A stretch of DNA of 64,000 bases from Epithemia pelagica (taxonomy: Eukaryota > Protista > Bacillariophyta): the NCBI GenBank assembly GCA_946965045.2, contig OX337242.1, positions 2,480,001-2,544,000 on the forward strand. Direction: 5' to 3'. Each line of letters begins with the position of its first letter. The stretch's first letter is position 1. This document shows, piece by piece, positions 55,975 to 64,000 of this stretch. Below the pieces are notes generated by a model that searched no databases, was not told the DNA's origin, and saw only the letters and a program-made list of their open reading frames with translations. The translations under genes and the position numbers were made by a program.

Positions 55975-56847
55975 TCAGATACGTACCGATGACATTGTGG
56001 CAACATATTCTTCGAGAGGTTCTGCCTTTTTCTTCGATGTGACGAGATAGAACATCTCATTGCGATTGTACCAGAATTTCTTGTACTCCTTGTCATTGGA
56101 CTGTCCGGTTGTCAATGACAACGACCATCCCGCATGTTTCAACATAGGAATCATCAAACCACCCACAGTTTGAGACTTTGCCGATCTTCCAACCGCCGAA
56201 AACCCTCCTCGGTCATACTGACTAATTCTAGTCCGTTTGTTATTTTCGTTGTACTTGGGCTTGGTTTGCTTGAGTAAGTACATCTTATTCGTGAACAACC
56301 AGCTGTCAATGATCGAAGTGAGCCACGAGCGGTCTCGGTGAAATCGGTGTACCAGTTCATAAACGAGATTCATGTTCTCCTGGTTGAATTCCATCTTCAC
56401 CAAGACAGCTCTCATATCTGCCAACGTGACGGGCTTTGAGGTTTTACCAAGTAAGGTGAGATTCATTTCCTCGGCAATATCGCAAATCTTCTCTGTATAC
56501 TTTACCACAATAAACGCTCTCAGACTATCTCGTGTGTTTTGAATCTCTTCCAACATAGCGTCACCGTCTGGCACCGTTCGATCACTGAGTCCATCGGTAT
56601 TTCTATTCTTCCGATATTGCCATAAGAGTTCGGCGTCTTTGGCAGAATTTGGATTCTTGCCGGAAAGGGGATTGAAGTAATCCTTTGGATAAGGAAGAAA
56701 ATCCGCAGGATACAATCCGGTCTGCTGTACCACTTCTGTCCCCGGTCGAGATGTCGAGGCACCAATTAGGCTTGTGTACTCGATCTCAGGTCTACCATTG
56801 TCCACCACGCTTCTAATCCGTTCTAGATTTCTTTCGCGATCTGTCAT
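55975..56847 (-). CDS. Unknown 290-aa cargo protein (possibly spliced to the downstream ORFs; TnpA-like position)
   Basis: Intact ATG ORF, divergent from the transposase. Confidence 0.55.
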   Translation of the reverse strand: MTDRERNLERIRSVVDNGRPEIEYTSLIGASTSRPGTEVVQQTGLYPADFLPYPKDYFNPLSGKNPNSAKDAELLWQYRKNRNTDGLSDRTVPDGDAMLEEIQNTRDSLRAFIVVKYTEKICDIAEEMNLTLLGKTSKPVTLADMRAVLVKMEFNQENMNLVYELVHRFHRDRSWLTSIIDSWLFTNKMYLLKQTKPKYNENNKRTRISQYDRGGFSAVGRSAKSQTVGGLMIPMLKHAGWSLSLTTGQSNDKEYKKFWYNRNEMFYLVTSKKKAEPLEEYVATMSSVRI

Positions 56848-57297
56848 TTTGCTTTGCTGATCAGTAGGTGTCTACCGTTTTTCAGTGTTGTATCCAAAAT
56901 TTGGAGACCGTTCAAGAACGCAGGCATCGTCGCGCCTGCATCTAACTGCCGCCATATTCATTGGAATAAATGGTTTAGCCGGCGCACTATCGTGACTGAG
57001 TCGATAAATTTTTGAATAGTGACATGTTAGAGTCACTATGTAGACGATTAGCGTTACATAGGTCATTGTTTGTCAACGATTCGTGACTTGTTTATTCTAA
57101 AGGACTCCAATCCCCAGAAGTAACAGTCGATAGGGAATGAATTCCAAGATTAAGACAAGACCAAAAAGTTGGTCGCAGATATACTGGAAGGAGGAGGTGC
57201 ACCATGGCAACTTGACAAATCCGGTCTCGACGCTGGTTCATCAGATATAGGCGATTGTGTTGGACCTAAAGCCTTAAATTGTGTCCTCGACAGCAAT

Positions 57298-59985
57298 ATG
57301 ACTTCCGTTGAATCAATAATTTGTCATTTTCCATGTGTGAAATGCTCTGAACTCTGTCCACTAGCAGTACACCCAAACTCCCCGAGTGATTTTCATTTCG
57401 GATTGTACCATGGACGATGTTCTACTGCCACTTGTCTACAACAAGACCAACCATTTTTCATATGTTTCCCATGCCTGCAACTGCCACTGCCATTCAAAGG
57501 TCATCATAAGGGTTACATAGCAGAATGGCGTGCTGTACAACGCCATGCCCAATCAAAATTTCATCAAAAAGCCATGGAAAAATGGCGCGCATCGAATGCC
57601 CCTTCCCGATTTCAAGGCCATATCGAAACAACAGTGGATACAATGCAGAATGCGTCAGATACTCTACCATTGGACCCTACAGAGTGCTGTACAGAGGACA
57701 TAACTGACGATATACATACAAACGAAGATTTTGAACTCAAGTCTCTTGACCAATTATCGTCGCTGGGCTTTGCATCGGGTTCTAAATCACCCCAATTCAT
57801 TTGGGATAGTTTGAAAGGACATGGCAGCGGACTGAAATCATTGACAGCCCGCGCTTTTGCAGTCCCATTGGACAAAGTCACGTTACAAGAATCGGAATTT
57901 TCAATCTTGTTATCATCTCTTCTCATTGAGTTGACGGAACGTCAACGAGAGTTACTTGCCGAAATTTTGTTACTGGCTGGGAACAGTTCCAGTAAGGATT
58001 TATCCATATTTCAATCAACCAGGTTGCCTACGTCTACAGAAGATTTTGACAGGTTTTACCTTAAAGGCAAAGATAGCATCATGCAAAATCTTCCGATACC
58101 AATTTTGCAAAGTGCTGCCGATGGCTCCCATGCTCGAGTTTCTCTTCCAGATCTTATAGCAAACGAGTTGGGGAAGGCCCAGAGTTACGATGACCTCCAG
58201 TTATCAGCCGAACTACAAGTACAAGAGTCAGACCGGGAACCCAACGATGCCGCCACTCCTAACGGACGACGGCTTTTGTTATCATTACAACAAGATTCTA
58301 CCAATGACCCCCATAATCAATGTGTATTCAATCTCTGGCTTAGGGAGTGGCGAGACGACTTCGATCCTAACAACACGAAGTCGTCTCGCAACCAAGTCTG
58401 GGTGAATACGTTCACAATCGGGCCCGGTATTGACGCAACAAACGGAGCAACCACATACTTCATGGCACTTGGGGCGAAGGGCGACGATCATTCCGTTATT
58501 GAGAAATCATTGCTGCAAGAAATCCAGGGATTCAATTCTGCTGGTCACGATATATTCCACGGAGGATTGAAGAAGGTAGTCCGTGTTCGTCTCGGGAAAC
58601 TTGTGACTGGAGTGGACAGACCAGAACGAACGGCCATGTTCTCAGTTGGTGATCATAATGGTTCGTTTTCCTCATGTTGGGGCGTATCGACTCGGATTGA
58701 CAACAGATTGAAGGAAAATCGGCTTCCCTCCTGTTCCCGATGTAGAAAAAGACGCATGGTTGAATTGGGATTATGTCATCCAGTACGATCAGACAACAAT
58801 CGTTGTTCAGGACCACAATGTCAAAATTGGAACCTCTACCATCCGACACTCTTCTTTTCTGCACCAAAGAATTATCCAACTGTCTGTGATAGATCAACTG
58901 GTGCTCCAAAACCAGCACTTGGACGCCCAATATTCAATGTCAAACGGAATGCCGGTTCTCAAACATCTCAAAATGGAGGTACGACCGAGGAGAGAAGAAA
59001 CAATCCGACACGGACAAAGCGAAATCGCTCTGAGTCTCAAGATGAGGGACCCAAACTAAGATCTCATCCCATTTCAATACCATGGCTCAAAGATGCGGTA
59101 CTATTTGCCCATCATAACATGAAGACACCGTTGTCGTCAGTCTTACCTAATGGTAAGCGGTTTTGGAACAAGGCTCAAGCCAGTGCATATTTGCGTAGTT
59201 GTGGCTGTACCAACAAACTCATCGATTCAGTCTATGCTTCTGCCAAGAATGCTGATACCTTCCCTCCCTTTCCAGAGACATGGATAGACGAACAGGGCCT
59301 GGAACGGTGTCACTTCGCACCAATGCATATGATCTTCCTAGGGAATGTCAAAACCGTTCTAGAGATTCTATGTACATGGATGGGGTCGCATGAAACTTTG
59401 GCAACTTTTGGGAAACAGATGAATACTTATCTTACTCATGTCAAGATGTTGCGATGCACTCGATACTTTTCATCACAACCTTTGTCCACTTCAAGCTGGG
59501 GAACAGGGACATGGGTTAGTGAAAACTACCTGTTTGCATGTCGAATTCTCAAATTCGTCATGTTATTACCATGTTTCAAAAGTGATCGGCTGCATCGAAG
59601 AGAAGACTTTGCTTTGGAATATCAACAGGTTTCCAGATTCGTATGTGCTGCAAATGTAGCTATCAGTTGGATCATGACAAACCAGAAAGAGATTCATAGG
59701 TTACCAAACGTGGTCAAGGTGTTCTTGGATACTATGTTTGAAATGGATGTCCTAGTGGGGAGTGACGGTCAATCTGGATCTGAGTCTGTCGGGTCTGCAA
59801 AACTAAGTCATGTTATGAAGAGCAATTCACTCGGTCTACTCTTCATTTCTGAGTATCATGACGATATGGGACCTGCTTGCCTCCACTGGGAGGGGGGTTT
59901 CGAAGGAGAACGGAAGATACAGCAGGTTAAACCTGCTTTGTCCATCAAGCATTGTTTGACGAATGGTGTAGATGATATGTTCTAA
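57298..59985 (+). CDS. CMC/EnSpm-like DDE transposase with N-terminal Zn fingers
   Basis: EWRDDFDP (D), GVDRPER (DxPxR), PMHMIFLG, WEGGFEGE (E); CxxC and C2H2-like motifs upstream. Confidence 0.78.
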   Translation: MTSVESIICHFPCVKCSELCPLAVHPNSPSDFHFGLYHGRCSTATCLQQDQPFFICFPCLQLPLPFKGHHKGYIAEWRAVQRHAQSKFHQKAMEKWRASNAPSRFQGHIETTVDTMQNASDTLPLDPTECCTEDITDDIHTNEDFELKSLDQLSSLGFASGSKSPQFIWDSLKGHGSGLKSLTARAFAVPLDKVTLQESEFSILLSSLLIELTERQRELLAEILLLAGNSSSKDLSIFQSTRLPTSTEDFDRFYLKGKDSIMQNLPIPILQSAADGSHARVSLPDLIANELGKAQSYDDLQLSAELQVQESDREPNDAATPNGRRLLLSLQQDSTNDPHNQCVFNLWLREWRDDFDPNNTKSSRNQVWVNTFTIGPGIDATNGATTYFMALGAKGDDHSVIEKSLLQEIQGFNSAGHDIFHGGLKKVVRVRLGKLVTGVDRPERTAMFSVGDHNGSFSSCWGVSTRIDNRLKENRLPSCSRCRKRRMVELGLCHPVRSDNNRCSGPQCQNWNLYHPTLFFSAPKNYPTVCDRSTGAPKPALGRPIFNVKRNAGSQTSQNGGTTEERRNNPTRTKRNRSESQDEGPKLRSHPISIPWLKDAVLFAHHNMKTPLSSVLPNGKRFWNKAQASAYLRSCGCTNKLIDSVYASAKNADTFPPFPETWIDEQGLERCHFAPMHMIFLGNVKTVLEILCTWMGSHETLATFGKQMNTYLTHVKMLRCTRYFSSQPLSTSSWGTGTWVSENYLFACRILKFVMLLPCFKSDRLHRREDFALEYQQVSRFVCAANVAISWIMTNQKEIHRLPNVVKVFLDTMFEMDVLVGSDGQSGSESVGSAKLSHVMKSNSLGLLFISEYHDDMGPACLHWEGGFEGERKIQQVKPALSIKHCLTNGVDDMF

Positions 59986-60017
59986 TAGACATCCACTCGT
60001 TTCACTTGTATTATAAC

Positions 60018-61424
60018 TTAAGGTCCTAAGATAGGAGGAATCTGGATCATATTGTTCTGATACGCCCATACTTGTACTCGAGTGGAGAGTTTTTGTGTTT
60101 TCTTCAGATATCCATTGTCTCTAAGAAGTCCCAGTACGTTGGTAATTTGTCGAAAGTTGAAATTGGGAATCGCAATCACCTTCTCGTGGAAAAACTTGGA
60201 GCTCTTCCATTCTGTGTTTGGAGGAGAGTCAATCAGAGAGAGTATGACAGTGAATAGAGCCTGTCGGTCGGTTTCTATGTCGTCTTTCTTGATAAATGGC
60301 GTACTGGTAGTCCAGGTCAACACATCTGAAACAGTACGTTGGTTGACAATGTCCTTTTGCCATTTAGGTTGGGGAGTCGATCCAATACTATCAATAGGAG
60401 TATTGTTAATGAGGGGAAGCAGACGATTTTTTGTTCCTTGACGAGTGCCTTTGATGCGACGAGATATAAAAATGACAAGACCCTCTCCCCATTCATCCAT
60501 AGATCCTGTTTTGGGACGGATTTTCTGTAGTATCTTTTCTCGACAAAGGGGAATGTTGTCAAGATTATTGGCAACTTCTTTTATGTACCGATAGGGTTCG
60601 CTAACCATGATGGTCGTCGAAGCACCGCGTACATCCATATTTGCTTGTCTGTCAGACAGTACCGACCGAAAGGCTGTCCCACATAATATCATTCCACATT
60701 GGAACCACTTGCCCATGGTAATGAAGGCAACTCTCTCGATAAATGTCTTGGGCTTGGTGTTAGTCAGAACCATGGTGTTGCAGCGACCACCTGTTAAGAT
60801 CTCATCAACGATTATTCGGAACCCATGACGTTTTGACAGTGCTGAAATGGCCATAAGTGCCCGGGAACTTAATATGCTTCCATTGGAAGCTAGTATAAGT
60901 TCGAGGAATAATGTCGAAATAGGTTCGCATATACAGGATTGGTATATGCATCGTGCGTGTAACATCCTCATGCATTCGTCTTCATAGATGACCAGGGAGT
61001 CATCGTCCATTGTTCCCGGAATGTGGTAGGGTAGTGCAACGGTGTGTTTCCTTGCAACGGGAGATAGATGTTCTGTGTCGGGATGTGCAATGAATGAGGG
61101 ACCGTCGTTAATCTTGAACGTAGTAGTTGTCCAGGATTGTAGCGGGCCCTGGTCTCCGGCCACGTAGGAACCGCATGCTACCAAAACCGTGGAGGTGTTA
61201 CCTTCGCAAAGACTTGATATAGCGAAAAGGTTGGCATCAGAGCCGTTCGGGGTGAGCTTTTCAAAAGAGAAATTTCCTTGTGTGGTTTCAAGGACGCATT
61301 GTTTTAGTGCCTCTAGTGCTTGATAATCATCATCAATGAATGCAGTGTCGTATTTTCTTTTGTATGAAGATTGATCAATCAAAACAAATTGTTTTCCCCA
61401 ATTGTTGGCCAGGTCGTCTGACAT
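60018..61424 (-). CDS. Class-III PLP-dependent aminotransferase-like protein with an extra C-terminal helical/wHTH-like segment; CACTG cargo
   Basis: TPNGSDANLFA, FLELILASNG, IIVDEILTGGRC and FITMGKW (PLP-lysine position) follow the class-III motif order. Confidence 0.75.
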   Translation of the reverse strand: MSDDLANNWGKQFVLIDQSSYKRKYDTAFIDDDYQALEALKQCVLETTQGNFSFEKLTPNGSDANLFAISSLCEGNTSTVLVACGSYVAGDQGPLQSWTTTTFKINDGPSFIAHPDTEHLSPVARKHTVALPYHIPGTMDDDSLVIYEDECMRMLHARCIYQSCICEPISTLFLELILASNGSILSSRALMAISALSKRHGFRIIVDEILTGGRCNTMVLTNTKPKTFIERVAFITMGKWFQCGMILCGTAFRSVLSDRQANMDVRGASTTIMVSEPYRYIKEVANNLDNIPLCREKILQKIRPKTGSMDEWGEGLVIFISRRIKGTRQGTKNRLLPLINNTPIDSIGSTPQPKWQKDIVNQRTVSDVLTWTTSTPFIKKDDIETDRQALFTVILSLIDSPPNTEWKSSKFFHEKVIAIPNFNFRQITNVLGLLRDNGYLKKTQKLSTRVQVWAYQNNMIQIPPILGP

Positions 61425-62075
61425 ATTGGGATTGTTACAAGCGGAAAAGCGGACCGGTAATGAATATACCAAACAAAGGGTTGCAAAATGTGAGAAGAAC
61501 GCGATATTACGTAGTATGGAAAGTGTGAAAGTAAAATGGTTGTTGACCCGGCGTGATGTGTTCCAGTCTGGCTCGGCAAATTGCTAAAATTTCAAATGGA
61601 AGTATATAGAGAGGGGAACAAAAATGATAGAGTCCGGCATGGACGTTATGGTTCGTAAAGTCCAATCTTTGTATCATATTTTAAGTAGCAGTCTTGCTTG
61701 CACTATGTATCACCACGCGCGAGATTTCGGAACTTTGCGCCAAATTGGCGATAATGGAGTAAGTGGCATAGAGTATAAGGGGTGCTCTACGATATGTGAG
61801 AGATACCAGATTATATGACGGTTGGTGTGTGAATTTGAAATTCACAAGAGTTGGTTTGAAAGAAAGATTAATTACTACCCGGCGTATATTATTCTTCTAT
61901 GTAGGGAAAATGTAGGGGAATAATAGACCAATGGTTTGTATTGGGGTTTAAATGTAGAATTTGAAATTGTGCATTGTCCTGTTCTCAGGAACCCAAATTG
62001 CGCAAACCAGGATACTTTTTTGTTGCTTGGTTCCTCATATAAGAAGTCTCCAAAGAGAGAGGAAAAATATTGACA

Positions 62076-62693
62076 ATGGCATTGAATATCGATTACTTCA
62101 CTGGCAGGAATAAGGTGCCGGAGAAAATCCCACCGAAAATCGTTTACTTTTTGGCATTGGGCGAATCAGATCGCAAGAAGGGTTTTGAGTTTCTCCTGTC
62201 TTCTATGGTTACGGCGTTGGGGGATCCTCGGAAGGGAACTGACTTCGTTGAGTTAAAGAAGGACAAGGATCGAGTTTATGGATTCCCTACATTCATCTCT
62301 TCTTTATGTGGAGGGTTGGACAAGTCTGGGGATGGGTTATTGTTGGTACAACGTCAGTTTTACAACGTTGGGTTCAATCCGGGTGCGAAGGAGAATTTTC
62401 AACTTGGAAGTGACTTTCGTTGTCGTAGTGCATTCCTCATTGTTGTACGAGAGAAGGTGGTCGGCAAATTCCAAATTCTTCATCGCGAGATCTTCCACTT
62501 CGGTGACGACGGGTCAATGACTGTCAAGTATTGTGATAGCTGTGATCCTAAAGAGTATCCGAAGGAGATTTTCAAGATGCTGAATGTGCATGTGGAGGAT
62601 GCTTTTGTCGCGTCGACTTTGTACGGAATCAGTAAAGACAGTAAGGTTACCAACGATACGGTAGCAATCACGACGACTAATAATGGAATGTAG
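62076..62693 (+). CDS. Unknown 205-aa cargo protein
   Basis: Intact ORF inside the CACTG element, divergent from the aminotransferase gene. Confidence 0.5.
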   Translation: MALNIDYFTGRNKVPEKIPPKIVYFLALGESDRKKGFEFLLSSMVTALGDPRKGTDFVELKKDKDRVYGFPTFISSLCGGLDKSGDGLLLVQRQFYNVGFNPGAKENFQLGSDFRCRSAFLIVVREKVVGKFQILHREIFHFGDDGSMTVKYCDSCDPKEYPKEIFKMLNVHVEDAFVASTLYGISKDSKVTNDTVAITTTNNGM

Positions 62694-63149
62694 TGATTTA
62701 CGGTATACTATAGTTGATTGTTAAATCTTCTTCTCGTCGTTGTGTGTCTTGTGGACTCCTCTCTCGCTCTCTCTCTCTCGTCACAGCATGTCGACGACGA
62801 GACGAGAGAGATGTGAGAAAGACAACGCGAGAGATATGAGAGAGAAGAGAGAGAGAAAGAGAAAGATTTTGTACTATTCAGTATGATGGCGGTGTATAGT
62901 AAGTTTTATTTGGAATGTTGTGTTGTATAAACCAAATTCGGTATGGCATTGTTGGTTAGCCTTTACTCGGTATTTGGTTGACCAAATAAGTTGATAATCA
63001 GTATGATATGTTGAATATACAGCCTATTCAGTATGTAATGTTGAATAAAATTTAGATGTCGAAATGGAGGTTTATTCAGTACAAGAAAATCTGAATAAAA
63101 ATAAAATAGCGTTGAAAAGGTCTATTCAGTAGCAAAGTAGTGTGCAGTG

Positions 63150-64000
63150 AAGTCACGGTCCTGACAAGCCAACAGGAACCTGGATTTGTCAGCCGGTTTC
63201 CACTTTTTATAGTCGTTCGTGTAGGCTTCTGTTGGGTATTTGGCAATGACCTCGTTCCATTTAGTGTCAATGTCCCGCTTGCAAGCCCGACAAAAATCGC
63301 GCAAACTATCTTCACAAGTCTGTTTCAGCACTTTGGCTATTCGAGATTCTTCATCGGCAAGCGAGGCCTTTCCCGTTATACTCAACAATGCACGTTCATT
63401 GAGTTCTTGGGACTCCCTGAACGCACGGAATGGGTTGAATTTTTGGAACGGCATATTCGTTGTGGTGGAAGGATTGGTGTTTTGTTCAGGTCCAGACGTT
63501 GTGGTGGTCGAGTGAGACGTCGTAGTGCCCGTCATAGTGCCGGTAGTTTGTTGGGCTTGTTTTGATAACAAGGAACCGATTGTTGAATAAGCCTTGTTGC
63601 TGAACTTTTTGACCATGTCCTTCAAGAAAAGGTCCTTTACTCGATTGGCATCGTTTTGGTCATACACACCCAACGACTGGAAGAATTTCCCAAACATATT
63701 TGTTGTCAACGGGTGTGCCATCAAGGCCTTTTCAGAATCATCGTTGAGAGAGCCACCATCGTCTCTTTTGCGTCGACCTTCCACCAAAAGTGTCTTGAAT
63801 TCCGCGAGAATCCGACGGATAAGTTTGCGTGGTCCACTTTTCAAGTCCTTGAAAGACATTCCCACTCTTTCCAATTGGGGAATGGTTTTGTCCCCGTTCC
63901 ATCTCTTGTCTCTTGGTGTTGTAAGCGTCACAGGGAGACATCCAATTGCTTCTTTCGTAGTTTGCATCCGGTGTGTGTGAGCACGGGCAAGATAGATCTG
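63150..64000 (-). pseudogene. hAT transposase, upstream part (open to the window edge)
   Basis: Joins in frame to 53995 when the CACTG element and one TSD are removed; ALMAHPL motif. Confidence 0.75.

Larger units (their letters stand above)
53998..63149 (+). mobile_element. CMC/EnSpm-type (CACTG) DNA transposon, 9152 bp, 2-bp TSD AA, inserted in the hAT transposase
   Basis: CACTGCACAC at 53998-54007 and inverted at 63140-63149; AA at 53996-53997 and 63150-63151; TATTCAGTA/CTGAATA subterminal repeats at both ends; excision restores QDRDF|LVVGEYFD in frame. Confidence 0.9.
37581..64000 (-). mobile_element. Outer hAT DNA transposon (other end outside the window) hosting three nested elements
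   Basis: CAGGGTTG terminus at 37581 with dense AAGTAC/GTACTT subterminal repeats; hAT dimerisation domain at ~53830-53997. The link between this end and the transposase is inferred from colinearity after removing the nested elements. Confidence 0.65.

Noticed and set aside
63122-63149. Stop at 63122 as the true end of the 281-aa ORF
   Set aside because: The last residues (TAHYFATE*) are read from the inserted CACTG terminus; the real continuation is at 53995.
1-64000. tRNA/rRNA genes and prokaryotic operon or defence systems
   Set aside because: No cloverleaf or rRNA-like stretches were recognised; introns and gene content indicate eukaryotic nuclear DNA.

Overview
Eukaryotic nuclear DNA from a secondary-plastid alga, most likely a pennate diatom. 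This is inferred from spliceosomal introns, a bipartite-targeted IspE, an HSF gene and a CoDi-like Copia element. The left part (1-37.5 kb) holds host genes: a TUTase/PAP-like nucleotidyltransferase, ispE, a GT8 glycosyltransferase, two DUF1996 paralogues, SCO1, HSF and low-complexity ORFs. It also holds a three-copy tandem two-gene cassette interrupted by a complete 5.95-kb Ty1/Copia element (ATCAT TSD), and a 721-bp MITE. The Copia lacks a tRNA-type PBS; its PBS is instead complementary to a 14-15-nt stretch at a predicted Inr inside its own LTR (possible self-priming), and it carries an extra ORF upstream of gag. The right part (37.6-64 kb) is a nest of four DNA transposons of four superfamilies, three with both ends mapped. 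An outer hAT carries an endonuclease III-like HhH-GPD glycosylase. A MULE inside it carries a TET/JBP-like dioxygenase. A RAG1/Transib-like element inside the MULE's left TIR carries a BAH-like gene. A CACTG-ended CMC/EnSpm element inside the hAT transposase carries a class-III PLP aminotransferase-like gene and other ORFs. In all four, the transposase and a cargo gene lie tail-to-tail with stop codons 32-45 bp apart. Protein assignments come from motif recognition by eye; no database searches were run.
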